A stretch of 34,407 nucleotides of DNA from positions 1 through 34,407 of the IMG/VR virus record IMGVR_UViG_3300023245_000055; one strand, given 5' to 3'. This stretch comes from a virus (Duplodnaviria; Caudoviricetes). The notes below the pieces were generated by a model. That model was not told where the DNA came from, ran no database searches, and saw only the letters and a program-made list of their open reading frames with translations. Below, one piece after another: positions 24,632-34,407 of the stretch; position 1 is the first letter of the stretch, and every line of letters starts with the position of its first letter. A program made the position numbers and the translations under genes.

Positions 24632-25056
24632 TGGAATTTAGATTAGAATCATTCGGGGATTGCATAGAAGAGATCGCTGCATACCTAGAAGGACATGCAG
24701 ATGAAGTAGAGAAGATGCCAATACTCCCAGACTTCGAGGCTTATGCCCGGGGTCAAGAGATGGACTCTCTCAAGATCTTCACTATGCGAAAGGACGGTCT
24801 TCTGTCGGGCTACGCAGCCTTCTGGCTGTATCCACACCCACACCACATGGGTAAGCTATTCGCTACATGCGATCTTATCTACGTACACCCAGTCCACCGC
24901 GGATTTATTACGGTTGACTTCCTCAACTGGGTGGAAGAGCAGCTAGAAGTAGATGCTATTCAGTACACACTCAAAGTTGAACACGATCACCCCGCGCTTA
25001 TGGAACACCTAGGCATGACTCATACCGAGAAGGTATACACAAAGGTAATAGGATAA
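24631..25056 (+). CDS. GNAT-like protein
   Basis: GYAAF...DLIYVHPVHRG...LG...EKVY; position after the nozzle. Confidence 0.75.
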   Translation: MEFRLESFGDCIEEIAAYLEGHADEVEKMPILPDFEAYARGQEMDSLKIFTMRKDGLLSGYAAFWLYPHPHHMGKLFATCDLIYVHPVHRGFITVDFLNWVEEQLEVDAIQYTLKVEHDHPALMEHLGMTHTEKVYTKVIG

Positions 25057-25526
25057 TGGCACAAGCACTCCCTTATATTTTAACAGCTGTGACTGTGGGC
25101 GGTACAGCTGCCTCGATGCACCAGCAGAAGAAGGCCCAGGCTGCTACTGAGAAAGCGGAAGAAGCTTCAGGTGCTACTGCTGCTATCGAGAATCAGAGAG
25201 CTATTAGACAGCAAATCCTACGAGGACGTATAGCTTCCGCACAAGCTACAGCCGCAGCCGGTAACAACGGTGGTGGGTTCGGTAGCTCAGGCTTCCAGGG
25301 AGCAATCAGTTCCTCTACTAGCCAGACCGGATCTAACGTAGGTGCTATTCGTACTTCACAGGCTGGTCAGTCAGCTGTACAGAATAACCTATCACAGGCA
25401 CGAGGCTTCCAGAGCAACGCAGCGACCTTCGGAGCACTTAGTTCCCTTCCTGGTCAGCTAGGCTTCAGTGTTAAAGACTTTGCTAAAGAGAAGACTAATC
25501 AATCTGACGTAGCAGGTACAGTATAA
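25056..25526 (+). CDS. Small internal virion (ejection) protein
   Basis: Hydrophobic N-terminus, Ala/Gly/Ser/Gln-rich; T7 gp14-like position. Confidence 0.75.
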   Translation: MAQALPYILTAVTVGGTAASMHQQKKAQAATEKAEEASGATAAIENQRAIRQQILRGRIASAQATAAAGNNGGGFGSSGFQGAISSSTSQTGSNVGAIRTSQAGQSAVQNNLSQARGFQSNAATFGALSSLPGQLGFSVKDFAKEKTNQSDVAGTV

Positions 25527-28500
25527 TGATAGCTGATGCACAACTAGACGAGAAGCAGGGTACCATCGTTGATGGCCCCTTGCAGAGGCCTGCTCAAGTA
25601 GGAGTAGTAGAGGAAGACTCGCTGAAAGAGAAGCGTGTGGCCCAAGCTGCTGCTATCAAATCAGAGAATGAAGGCATCTCCTCTATGGAAGCCTTTGCCC
25701 AGTTGAGCAAGGAATCTGGTAGTAGTACTGGTGCTGGTCTACGTAGTAAAGCCGCTGATGAGTTCAACGGTGAGGTGATGTCCGATGCACGCCAGATGTT
25801 CTACGAAAGAGCAATGGCTATTGGTACTCCAGCTGAGTCTGCCCTACAAGGTATCGCTGAAGTAGAACTTAACAACTCTCGTGATAAGGCTCGCGAAGAC
25901 TTCCCAATCCGTCAGTACGTCAATGCTATCACAGCACCTGGTGTAGATGCTGAGCAGAAGGAAACCCTGGCGACTAACATGTACTTGCAGGATAAGCTCA
26001 ATGAGTTCCAGCAAGGTATAGGCGCGTGGGAGACTGTCAAGGATATAGGCCTTAGTGTTATCATCAGCCCTAAGGACCTCTTCGATGCTTACCAGGTTAC
26101 TGGTGAGATAGACCCGTTCAAGCAAGAGGACCAGTATCGTAAGTTTGCTCATTGGTTCCAGGGCCTACCCAATGAAGAGAAGTTGGATGTATGGCCTGCT
26201 GTTGAGCGTCACCTAGTGGATGCTATGCCTCGTCATAGGGCAGCTGAGTTCATGCAGGGACTGATTGATCCAGCTTTCCTAGATGGTACCGCTGAAGGGA
26301 TATCCTTCTGGGGCACTGTAGATGCAGCCTTCCTGGGTGTAGAGATACTAGCAGCTGGCTTAAAGCTCCGCAAGGTACTCAACCCTATCAAGGCAGCTAC
26401 CCGAGCTGGAGATACGGAGCGAGCTTCAGAAGCTAACTTCGCACTCATGGACTCTAATACTCCAGAAGGCCAGATCGGTGGCGGACTGGATATAGATGAA
26501 TGGCAGGCTAACACCAACGCCTTACCATTCAACGGTGAGGCTGTAGATGATGCTATCGCATCTGAACTCAGCCCCGCCGTACACGAAAGAATCTTTCAGT
26601 TCCGTGATAAGATGAAAGAAACTTTTAGTGACCTGTCAATATCACGTACCTTCACTAAAGAAGGATTCGTAGATGCCGAGGACATAGGCCGCGCTGAACG
26701 TAGACTGTACGATGAGTACCAGTTCTATGTAGCGGAGAAGTTCTCGAAGAATGACAAGATGGTAAACCTTGACTCAGTGAGCGATTCGGCTCACGGTCGA
26801 GAATTCAGTTACACAGTTACTAACTCTGACGGTACTGAAGACAAGGGCGTATTCAAAGCCATGTTTACCCAAGATGATATCGGATTCTGGCAGCAAGCCC
26901 CACGACAGAACTCTCTGTTGAGTGAGCTAGCCCAGGCCCGTAACACTGACTTCATGTCTACTGTTAAGGCTGCAATACGCCTAGACAACACAGCCTCAGC
27001 CGTATCGGGTCAACTCCGCAAGGTTATCAAGGAAGCTAGCAAGCCTGTTAAGGGCTTTAAGGGCAAGCCCCGTAAGCAGAAGGTTGATGAAGTAGATCAG
27101 ATCTTAATTATGGGTGATGACCTTACCCGTGAATTTACACCACAGCAGTTACGCCAAGGTGTAGGTGGGATCAAGCTAGATGAAGATCAGATAGAGTACT
27201 ACTACAACATGCGTGGTGTTATGAATGGATTAGGTATCCTACGTAACATGGATGCACGTCGTGGTATGATAGCTCGGAATGTCAAGAACATTCAAATGAA
27301 CGAAACAACTCGATTCTTCGGAACCCCAGTCGATGATGCTACCCAAGCCAGTCTACGTGCGAGAGATCTACGTAAGGTATGGATGGTAGACAACGATGTA
27401 GGCCGGGCAGTAGATACTAATGACCTCGATATGGCTAAGCTGTATGACGAGGGCTACAAGTTGATGCGTCTAGAAGAAGACACTATCCTCGGTGGCAGCC
27501 GCTTTAAACACGTCCTTGTGAAGGGCGAGAAAGTAGGTGAGTTACCTTCCGTAGTACTAGACCTTAAGAAGGGCTACATCCCACGGGTAAACCCACAGGC
27601 TACTTACTTTGTACAACGATTCACGAAGTCTACAGTGGACGGGCTGGACGATGTAGTACGTAAAGCGCTTCGGTCCTTCGACAACAAGGCTGACGCTGAT
27701 GCATATGCTGCTAGAATGTACCAAGAGAATGGAGATGAGATCGGCGTAGACTACAAGGTAGTAGCTGATAAAGAGTTGGAAGCTTTTAAAGCAGGTGATT
27801 CAGGTGCAGGCCAGAGTGGAGGCCTAGTCTATAGTCCTCGTGCTCGTAAGCCGATCCCGCATAACGCTGGGACTGATGCTAACGTGCCACGTACTTCCGC
27901 ACTGGAAGCAGTGGAGCTGTACCTAGAGAACACCAAGAACTACATGACCCGAAACGACTGGCGGATGGGAGTCCGTAAGAAGTGGGAAAACACAGCTAAG
28001 TTCAAGCTGGGTCGTGATGTGAAATTCGAAGAAGGTGAGAACATTGCTAATGTTGAACTTAAGACCATGTGGAATAAGATCAACGACTTCAGTGGTTTCA
28101 TGGACAAGTCTGAGCGTAAGTGGGAAGAGTTAGTCAAAGGGGTGTACGAAGCCTCCGTTGACAAGTTTGGTCGTAACCGAATCAGTGACTTTATCCTTAC
28201 CCAACGTCAGAAAGATCCACTAGCCCGCCTACGGGCAGCTACCTTCCACACCTTGCTTGGGTTCTTCAACCCAATTCAACTGTTTGTACAGGCACAGGGT
28301 GCAGCAGTAGCATTGAGCATGAACATAACTAAGCCTGCTACGTTACAGAGACTGTTCCGTCAACAGGGTGGGTTAACTACGCTCCAACATGTCAACTTCA
28401 ATGACAGCCCAGATGTACTCCGCAAGCTAGCGAAGACTTTTGGCTACAAAGATGTAGATGAGATGAAAGCTACGAAAGAGTTATGGGATAAGTCTGGACT

Positions 28501-29851
28501 GTATGATTCTGTACTGTCAAGTGCTGACGTGGAAGCGGCAGCCCGAGGATTCCCTACTACTAGAGGTGCTGTCAAGAGATTCTTTGACTCCGGCCTCATG
28601 TTCTTTAGAGCTGGTGAGCTGTTCAACCGACGGCTAGCCTTCTTGACAGCGATTGACGAACTCGGAGGCGCAGCTAAATTGCGATCCAGCGACAAGCTGT
28701 TCAAGGAGGCTCTTGATAGAGCTAACGGACTGACCCTTAACCTGGGTAAATCTAACCGAGCATTCTGGCAGAAGGGCGCATTGTCTGTCCCAACCCAGTT
28801 TCTCCAGATCCAAACCAAGACCCTAGAATCACTGTTCAGAACGAATGGTGTGTTCACTAAGGTAGAAGCTAGGCGACTACTGATGGGGCAGATGGCACTA
28901 TACGGCTCAGCCGGTGTGTTCCTTGGACCTTGGGCTCTTCGGGCAGGATTAGATGCAGCAGGTTTCGATCAGGTCGATGTTAATAATATGGATACTCGCA
29001 TCCAACGATTGGCTACTGGTGGCCTCACTGACATGTTTGCATACATGCTTGGTGCGGATGTAGTAGCAGCCCCTCGTGGTGCTCTCCTCAACGGCATGGA
29101 TCAGACCTTTCTATCCCTGTTTACTGAGGAATCCTCTGCGTATGAGTGGTTACTAGGCCCATCAGCGGTCGGACCACAGCGAATATGGACTAAGCTACGT
29201 GAAGTAGCCCACATGTTCCCTACTCCGCAGGACATTAACGGTAATGTTAGCTTCGAAGCACAAGATATACTAGATACTTTTCAGTTTGCAGCTAAAAGTA
29301 CAGTAGATATCGCAGTATCTCCGTTCGCATCAACATCCCAGGTACAGAAGTACCTTCTGATGAGCGATCTAGGTCAAATCCGGGACAAGAACGGCAACAT
29401 CGTTGCTGCTCCGAAGGGTGGGTTCGACCCCATGACTGAAATAGCGACACTGCTAGGCTTCAAGCCTGAACTTCTCCAGCGTAAGTACGATCTTTCCGAG
29501 ATCAACGAAGAAACCAGGAAGTATGTAGAGTTTCGTACTCAGCTTCTGGTTAACAACTGGGACTCGTTCCTGCAAGAATACGAAAGGGCTCGCGTAGACA
29601 AGCGAGACATGGATGAGGACACGCTACGTAACCTACGTAAGCGCCACAACGTCCTTATGAATTCTATCTCCTCACCGGGCGTACGTCGTAGAGTCATGGA
29701 CTCCTACAACAACAAGATACGTAACCGCGGAGAAGGTAACTCACAACTAGACAGGCAGATGCAGCGTTACTACGAGAACATGCTGTTCGATTTATCAGGT
29801 ACCTTCACAAGTTCCGATACCCGTCTCATCAAAACTAGGGATACAGAATAA
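25526..29851 (+). CDS. Large internal virion (ejection) protein
   Basis: 1441-aa helical protein; TLLGFFNP.QL.VQ and P.QF motifs; synteny. Confidence 0.75.
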   Translation: MIADAQLDEKQGTIVDGPLQRPAQVGVVEEDSLKEKRVAQAAAIKSENEGISSMEAFAQLSKESGSSTGAGLRSKAADEFNGEVMSDARQMFYERAMAIGTPAESALQGIAEVELNNSRDKAREDFPIRQYVNAITAPGVDAEQKETLATNMYLQDKLNEFQQGIGAWETVKDIGLSVIISPKDLFDAYQVTGEIDPFKQEDQYRKFAHWFQGLPNEEKLDVWPAVERHLVDAMPRHRAAEFMQGLIDPAFLDGTAEGISFWGTVDAAFLGVEILAAGLKLRKVLNPIKAATRAGDTERASEANFALMDSNTPEGQIGGGLDIDEWQANTNALPFNGEAVDDAIASELSPAVHERIFQFRDKMKETFSDLSISRTFTKEGFVDAEDIGRAERRLYDEYQFYVAEKFSKNDKMVNLDSVSDSAHGREFSYTVTNSDGTEDKGVFKAMFTQDDIGFWQQAPRQNSLLSELAQARNTDFMSTVKAAIRLDNTASAVSGQLRKVIKEASKPVKGFKGKPRKQKVDEVDQILIMGDDLTREFTPQQLRQGVGGIKLDEDQIEYYYNMRGVMNGLGILRNMDARRGMIARNVKNIQMNETTRFFGTPVDDATQASLRARDLRKVWMVDNDVGRAVDTNDLDMAKLYDEGYKLMRLEEDTILGGSRFKHVLVKGEKVGELPSVVLDLKKGYIPRVNPQATYFVQRFTKSTVDGLDDVVRKALRSFDNKADADAYAARMYQENGDEIGVDYKVVADKELEAFKAGDSGAGQSGGLVYSPRARKPIPHNAGTDANVPRTSALEAVELYLENTKNYMTRNDWRMGVRKKWENTAKFKLGRDVKFEEGENIANVELKTMWNKINDFSGFMDKSERKWEELVKGVYEASVDKFGRNRISDFILTQRQKDPLARLRAATFHTLLGFFNPIQLFVQAQGAAVALSMNITKPATLQRLFRQQGGLTTLQHVNFNDSPDVLRKLAKTFGYKDVDEMKATKELWDKSGLYDSVLSSADVEAAARGFPTTRGAVKRFFDSGLMFFRAGELFNRRLAFLTAIDELGGAAKLRSSDKLFKEALDRANGLTLNLGKSNRAFWQKGALSVPTQFLQIQTKTLESLFRTNGVFTKVEARRLLMGQMALYGSAGVFLGPWALRAGLDAAGFDQVDVNNMDTRIQRLATGGLTDMFAYMLGADVVAAPRGALLNGMDQTFLSLFTEESSAYEWLLGPSAVGPQRIWTKLREVAHMFPTPQDINGNVSFEAQDILDTFQFAAKSTVDIAVSPFASTSQVQKYLLMSDLGQIRDKNGNIVAAPKGGFDPMTEIATLLGFKPELLQRKYDLSEINEETRKYVEFRTQLLVNNWDSFLQEYERARVDKRDMDEDTLRNLRKRHNVLMNSISSPGVRRRVMDSYNNKIRNRGEGNSQLDRQMQRYYENMLFDLSGTFTSSDTRLIKTRDTE

Positions 29852-32397
29852 TGGTTTCACTAAGCGAAGGTCGCTTTGGTTTAGCTGGTCCAGGTAAGAC
29901 GGCCAACGGCCAACTGTTTGGCGGAGTAGACACAAGCACAGCACAGGCTATCCAAAGCTTCGGCGGCATAGCCGGACAAGCCTACCAAGGGCACATACAG
30001 GGTAAACTCTTAAATGAGTTTCAACAGACAGCGAACGAGATCGGTACGATCAACGCTGGTCAAGCAGCTATCCAGGATGCGGTACGGTCAGGTAATATAG
30101 ACCCGACTAGTCAACGATTCCAACGGTTAGCCGCAGCTACTGACCAGGGTAAGATCTCCCAACAGCGGGCTAGGATAGAATCTGAGGTAATACTCCGAGA
30201 AGCTATCTCTCAGAACCCAGGATTTGGGGATGTCTTCCGAGAAGAGGCTCGATCAGCGCTTGGGTTTGATCCGAGCAACTCCTCTCTACAACAGTTGTTG
30301 ATGTCCGGTCCAGATGCTAGCAAGACTGCACCTCTGACTGAATCCCAGAAGGATATGCAGACGGCTGAGTCTCTGGTTGCTGGTGGGGCGTTTGCTTCTA
30401 CGGAAGAAGCCTTCAAGCAGATACAGAGAAACAAGGCTGCCGAACTCCAAGAGAGTATCGACAAGGCTGACATCCAAACTGGTAAGATGAGTGTTGGTAA
30501 GGTGGCTGTATCCGCAGCTAACCGAGCTACTAACAAATTCAACGGTATCATGCTTGGTGCGCTAGCCCAGGTGAACTCTGCTGGTGGTGTACGTGATGTA
30601 GAACAGTTTAAAGCTGGCATCAATGCTCAGGCTGAGTTGATGAAGTCTCAGATAGAGAACGAGATGGCTAACTCTGGCCGGAGCTACGGTATGGAAGAGT
30701 ATAACCAGGTACGTGCTCGCATTGACGAACAGGCTGCTTCCTACAACACACTGTTAGACAACCAGGATAGCAATATCCTGCTAGCTAGACGACTGACTGA
30801 ACTCACTACCCTTACTGAAACCAAGGCTATTGAGATTGCACCAGCACTAGCTCTCCTAACTCATATGCCACTGGCTGTACAAGAGTCAGCCTTTGACTTG
30901 ATGCTATTAGCAGGTGACGATCAGAACATCATTGATGAGCTTATAGCTCAAGATCCACGTAAGGCCTTTGCCCAAAACCTGGCCTTAGACCTTAAGTCTG
31001 TCGGTGCCAGTATCACAGCAATGGATGACGGTACTTTAAAAGGTCTGTTAGATTCTCGTACCATTGATCCTGAGACAGCTAAGGCTGTAACTAAGAATGC
31101 TGCTCATGATGTCATTGATGGAAAGGAAACCTTAGACATAGCTAAAGTCTATGAAGGCCTAAAGGATACTGACCTACCTATCACAGCACTAGACATGGTA
31201 TCTAAGACAGCCTCTCGATCCTTTACCGATATGCCTGCACAGCAGAGAGCGCGAGTAGCTGAAGATATAGGTACTGCATCGGCTCAACAGATGATGACTA
31301 TTAACCGTGTACTCTCCGGAGCACAAGGCCAAGGCTTGAAGCTTGCCTTCAGTGATGGGCAGTTCCGACTACAGGATACTACTGGTCGATCAGCACGTGA
31401 GCTTATCGGTGGCTTCGCCCCGAGTGGATTCATTAGCCCTGAAGCTGAAGCAGACTACATCGCCCGTAACTCTGGCAGCGTAGCAGCTAACTTCGGATTA
31501 GAAGAAGCTATCGACCTCATGAACGACACCATCGTACCTATCATGCAAGACCAGAGATGGGCAGCACAGGCAGGCTACGCTAATGGTCGTGACTGGGCAG
31601 TCAACATGGTAAATAGCGTTAACGTATCCTCCCTCCGACAGGAAGTAGAGCAAGGTGGTCCTATCCTAGAGAGTCTAGGTATGGGTGACCAGGCTGCATT
31701 CCGTAAGGCTTGGAGATCTGGGGACTTACAAACAGCTATCGGTATCCTTACCAATGTAGCAGACGCTGGCCTACAGGATGGCAGCAACATCAATGCCTTC
31801 CAGACTGCTGATAACTTGACCGGTGTACCTTTCCAGGAACAACAGACTGCACAACCAGCCACTGACCCACTGGCCGAGACCCGGGCCGCTGAGGGAAGCC
31901 GAGCTTCAGTCTATCCGGACCCAGGCGGTATTCCTACTATCGGATACGGCCACAACCTGAAGGCTAACCCGCTCACTCCTGAGATTAAGCAACAGCTAGG
32001 CCTAGATCCTAACATTGCTGATGAGGACCTAGTTCTTACTCAGGACCAGCAAGTGCAGCTACTGTCAATAGACGCTGCACGTGAACTACCTGTGGTAGTC
32101 AAGGCTATCCCGGGATTCCAAGACCTGGACCAACGTCGTAAGGTAGCATTAGCTGATATGGCTATCAACCTGGGCGGTACTGGTGTCAAGGGCTTCACGA
32201 GGATGGTCGACGCTATCAACAGCGGTGACTTCAACACAGCTGCGGATGAACTGCTTGACAGTGCATATGCTAGAGGTTGGGTTCGAAACACGGATACTGG
32301 TGACTGGATACGAGACGCCGATGGAACCATACGGATCCACGGTGGACTGGTTGAGAGAGCTAAGATGAATGCTGAGAAGATGAGAAACGGGGGCTAA
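29851..32397 (+). CDS. Internal virion protein with C-terminal GH24 lysozyme domain
   Basis: EGSRASVYPDPGGIPTIGYGHNL (E-x8-D-x5-T), DMAINLG, AADELLDS. Confidence 0.85.
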   Translation: MVSLSEGRFGLAGPGKTANGQLFGGVDTSTAQAIQSFGGIAGQAYQGHIQGKLLNEFQQTANEIGTINAGQAAIQDAVRSGNIDPTSQRFQRLAAATDQGKISQQRARIESEVILREAISQNPGFGDVFREEARSALGFDPSNSSLQQLLMSGPDASKTAPLTESQKDMQTAESLVAGGAFASTEEAFKQIQRNKAAELQESIDKADIQTGKMSVGKVAVSAANRATNKFNGIMLGALAQVNSAGGVRDVEQFKAGINAQAELMKSQIENEMANSGRSYGMEEYNQVRARIDEQAASYNTLLDNQDSNILLARRLTELTTLTETKAIEIAPALALLTHMPLAVQESAFDLMLLAGDDQNIIDELIAQDPRKAFAQNLALDLKSVGASITAMDDGTLKGLLDSRTIDPETAKAVTKNAAHDVIDGKETLDIAKVYEGLKDTDLPITALDMVSKTASRSFTDMPAQQRARVAEDIGTASAQQMMTINRVLSGAQGQGLKLAFSDGQFRLQDTTGRSARELIGGFAPSGFISPEAEADYIARNSGSVAANFGLEEAIDLMNDTIVPIMQDQRWAAQAGYANGRDWAVNMVNSVNVSSLRQEVEQGGPILESLGMGDQAAFRKAWRSGDLQTAIGILTNVADAGLQDGSNINAFQTADNLTGVPFQEQQTAQPATDPLAETRAAEGSRASVYPDPGGIPTIGYGHNLKANPLTPEIKQQLGLDPNIADEDLVLTQDQQVQLLSIDAARELPVVVKAIPGFQDLDQRRKVALADMAINLGGTGVKGFTRMVDAINSGDFNTAADELLDSAYARGWVRNTDTGDWIRDADGTIRIHGGLVERAKMNAEKMRNGG

Positions 32398-32398
32398 T

Positions 32399-33952
32399 GT
32401 GGCTAATCTGGGGAGTATAGGGAAGGGCCTCTCAAAGCTCTCTAAGGGCGCTGACGAGGTTGTTGACAAGTCAATACTAGACGACATGGTAGGTAGCTTT
32501 AAGCCCGCAGAGAAGCCTACAGAGCTTCCTAAGCCCAATGTAGGGCCTAGTGGCGCAGTCAGCCCAAAGAATGCCGTTCCTCTATCTGAAGATGAGGCTA
32601 TATTGGCAGCTATCGCTAAGTGGGAGGATGCTCCACTCAAGGAAGATGAGGTGTTAAGTGGTGTGATCGACGAGATCGACCTAGGTGATACCCCACTAAA
32701 GGAAGAGGAGATCCTAGACTCTCAGATCTTTGAGGAGATCGACCTAGGTGATACTCCACTAAAGGAAGAGGAGATCCTAGACTCTCAGATCTTTGAGGAT
32801 ATCGACCTTGGTGATACCCCACTGCCTGGAGACCCCGGTGACATAGGCGGACCTGACCCACTCGATAAGAACCCACTTCTTTACTTGATTGATGAGTTCT
32901 TACCTGACACCACCCCCGGGTCCCTTGATGAGTGGATCGGTAAAGATATGGCTAAGCAAATCCAGGTACTGCACGTGACTGGGGCTGTGACTGGGAGCAC
33001 TCTAGAAGGGGGCTTACACGCTCTGATCAAGAATGCTAAGAAGCAGCCTATGACTACCTATGAAGAGGCAGTCATGGGTATCATCACGGATAAGATGGAG
33101 CTAGTAGATGTTGAGAAGGGCTCTCTTATAGTAGATGAGTTCATAGATCTGGATGCCCTAGAGATTACAGCGGATCGCCCCAATGTACCGGAGGGTTTCA
33201 CCTTCGAGAAGATAGCTAACGATATCCCTGAATGGGCAGTTATGCGAGATGATGATGAGATGGAGGCTCTTACCCTCATGACTCACATCCGCGGTGGAGA
33301 CTTCCCTAATATCGGCGATGAGTTAGCAGTTAAGAACTATCGGAATGCGAAGGATACTAGCGGCAGGCCTACTACTGCCATGTACCCATCCCTGGAAGAA
33401 TTTGAAGCTATGGATCCTATGGATAAAGTAGCTATTAACTTCTATACAAGATCTGGTGACGGCCCAATGAACGATGCACTCCGACAGGGTAAGGTGGATC
33501 CAGCCAGCCAGTTAGGTAAGGCTATTCAAGCTACAGATGACGCATTATCACGTCTACCTAGCTGGAACCCGGACCAGGGTCTCTTGCATCGACGTATCAA
33601 CGGCCAGAATATGGTCGATAAGTACGCAAGTATGGAACCTGGCGACACCTTCACTGAAACTGGCTTCACTAGTACCTCACGGGGTAACATGCTAGCCAAA
33701 GACGGTGAAGGTAATAACATCTACATAGGCGGCCAGTCTGATATCTACTTCATCATCCACTCTAAGGAAGGCGGACGGGCTAAAGCTATTGAAGGGCTAT
33801 CTGACTTCGCTGACTCTGAAAAGGAAGTTCTGTATAGGCCTGGTACCGAGTTCAAGATAGTAGCTAAAGAGACGGATATCACGAGTCAACAAAACTTCAA
33901 CGGAACTATTACAGACAGTGAGCACACAATCATCTATTTAGAGGAGATTTAG
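32399..33952 (+). CDS. ADP-ribosyltransferase (R-S-E clade, VIP2/Alt-like) with acidic N-terminal region
   Basis: YT......N..LR, LHRR, GFTSTS, SEKEVL..PGT.F motifs. Confidence 0.9.
   Translation: MANLGSIGKGLSKLSKGADEVVDKSILDDMVGSFKPAEKPTELPKPNVGPSGAVSPKNAVPLSEDEAILAAIAKWEDAPLKEDEVLSGVIDEIDLGDTPLKEEEILDSQIFEEIDLGDTPLKEEEILDSQIFEDIDLGDTPLPGDPGDIGGPDPLDKNPLLYLIDEFLPDTTPGSLDEWIGKDMAKQIQVLHVTGAVTGSTLEGGLHALIKNAKKQPMTTYEEAVMGIITDKMELVDVEKGSLIVDEFIDLDALEITADRPNVPEGFTFEKIANDIPEWAVMRDDDEMEALTLMTHIRGGDFPNIGDELAVKNYRNAKDTSGRPTTAMYPSLEEFEAMDPMDKVAINFYTRSGDGPMNDALRQGKVDPASQLGKAIQATDDALSRLPSWNPDQGLLHRRINGQNMVDKYASMEPGDTFTETGFTSTSRGNMLAKDGEGNNIYIGGQSDIYFIIHSKEGGRAKAIEGLSDFADSEKEVLYRPGTEFKIVAKETDITSQQNFNGTITDSEHTIIYLEEI
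32672..32823 (+). repeat. 63-bp in-frame tandem repeat (~2.4 near-identical copies)
   Basis: Units start at 32672, 32735 and 32798, encoding EIDLGDTPLKEEEILDSQIFE; a degenerate copy precedes them. Confidence 0.9.
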
Positions 33953-33954
33953 AG

Positions 33955-34113
33955 ATGACACAACCATTAGCACAACAAGGTAGCGTACCTGAATGGGTAC
34001 GACAGGCTCAAGAGAATGCCAAGCAAGCGGAAGTACAAGAAGTTACTGAAAACATGCAGAAAAAGATGAATGGTTCTCAGCCTCAGGAAGCGAGCAATGC
34101 CAAAGTTAAGTAG
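33955..34113 (+). CDS. Hypothetical protein (52 aa)
   Basis: MTQPLAQQGSVPEWVRQAQENAKQ...; GAGGAG RBS. Confidence 0.55.
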   Translation: MTQPLAQQGSVPEWVRQAQENAKQAEVQEVTENMQKKMNGSQPQEASNAKVK

Positions 34114-34407
34114 ATTTGTACAGTACGCACCTAAGAATGCACCTTCAGGTGGAGGATCGTCTGCATTAGGCGATATCACTGGTACCACAGCGTATCAGAC
34201 CCTCTACGTTGATAGCGCTGCTGTTATTAGAGAGCTACCACACGGCACCTCAGGGTACGTACTGACTAGCAATGGTGCCTCCTCGAACGTGTCCTGGCAG
34301 GCGGCCAGCAGCGGCTTAGCTGACATCGTCGACGACGTAACTCCCCAATTGGGGGCCAATCTTGACGTAAACGACTTCTCTATTACGTCTGCTACTAACG
34401 GGGATGT
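34097..34407 (+). CDS. Tail fibre protein (truncated by window end)
   Basis: Open to the window end; GTSGYVLTSNG...SWQA and DDVTPQLGANLDVN fibre motifs. Confidence 0.75.
   Translation, partial: MPKLSRFVQYAPKNAPSGGGSSALGDITGTTAYQTLYVDSAAVIRELPHGTSGYVLTSNGASSNVSWQAASSGLADIVDDVTPQLGANLDVNDFSITSATNGD

Noticed and set aside
11081-34188. Numerous - strand and nested + strand ORFs in the virion arm
   Set aside because: Shadows of long genes with recognisable motifs; no independent support.

Overview
A 34.4-kb segment of a podovirus-type dsDNA phage with two divergent arms. The gene order resembles Zobellviridae-like phages (family is my inference). The host is probably a gamma/beta-proteobacterium, judged from CTGT-N8-ACAG SOS boxes and RpoN/RpoE/IHF motifs. 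The right arm (10.9-34.4 kb, + strand) is the virion module: three tail-fibre/RBP-like genes, terminase, portal, scaffold, major capsid, decoration protein, tail tubular A/B, GNAT-like protein, internal virion proteins (one with a GH24 lysozyme), an R-S-ExE ADP-ribosyltransferase and the start of another fibre. The left arm (1-9.7 kb, - strand) is an early/accessory region with two metallophosphoesterases, many small membrane peptides and a lot of structured non-coding sequence. The most striking features are non-coding. (1) The ~1-kb region between the arms is packed with host-factor sites: two chromosomal-type parS sites bracketed by four LexA boxes, a complete sigma54 promoter (enhancer repeats + IHF + -24/-12), two more sigma54 sites and a consensus sigmaE/AlgU promoter facing the virion genes. 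(2) The palindrome TAGTCCGGACTA occurs 6 times in full plus one 10-bp core, seen only in the early arm. (3) A ~1-kb ORF-free structured region and one outlier hold five tRNA-like modules with intact T-arms but aberrant D/anticodon arms. (4) Several other long-stem RNA candidates have G:U pairs that favour the - strand. All motif and structure calls are by eye; no searches or folding were run.
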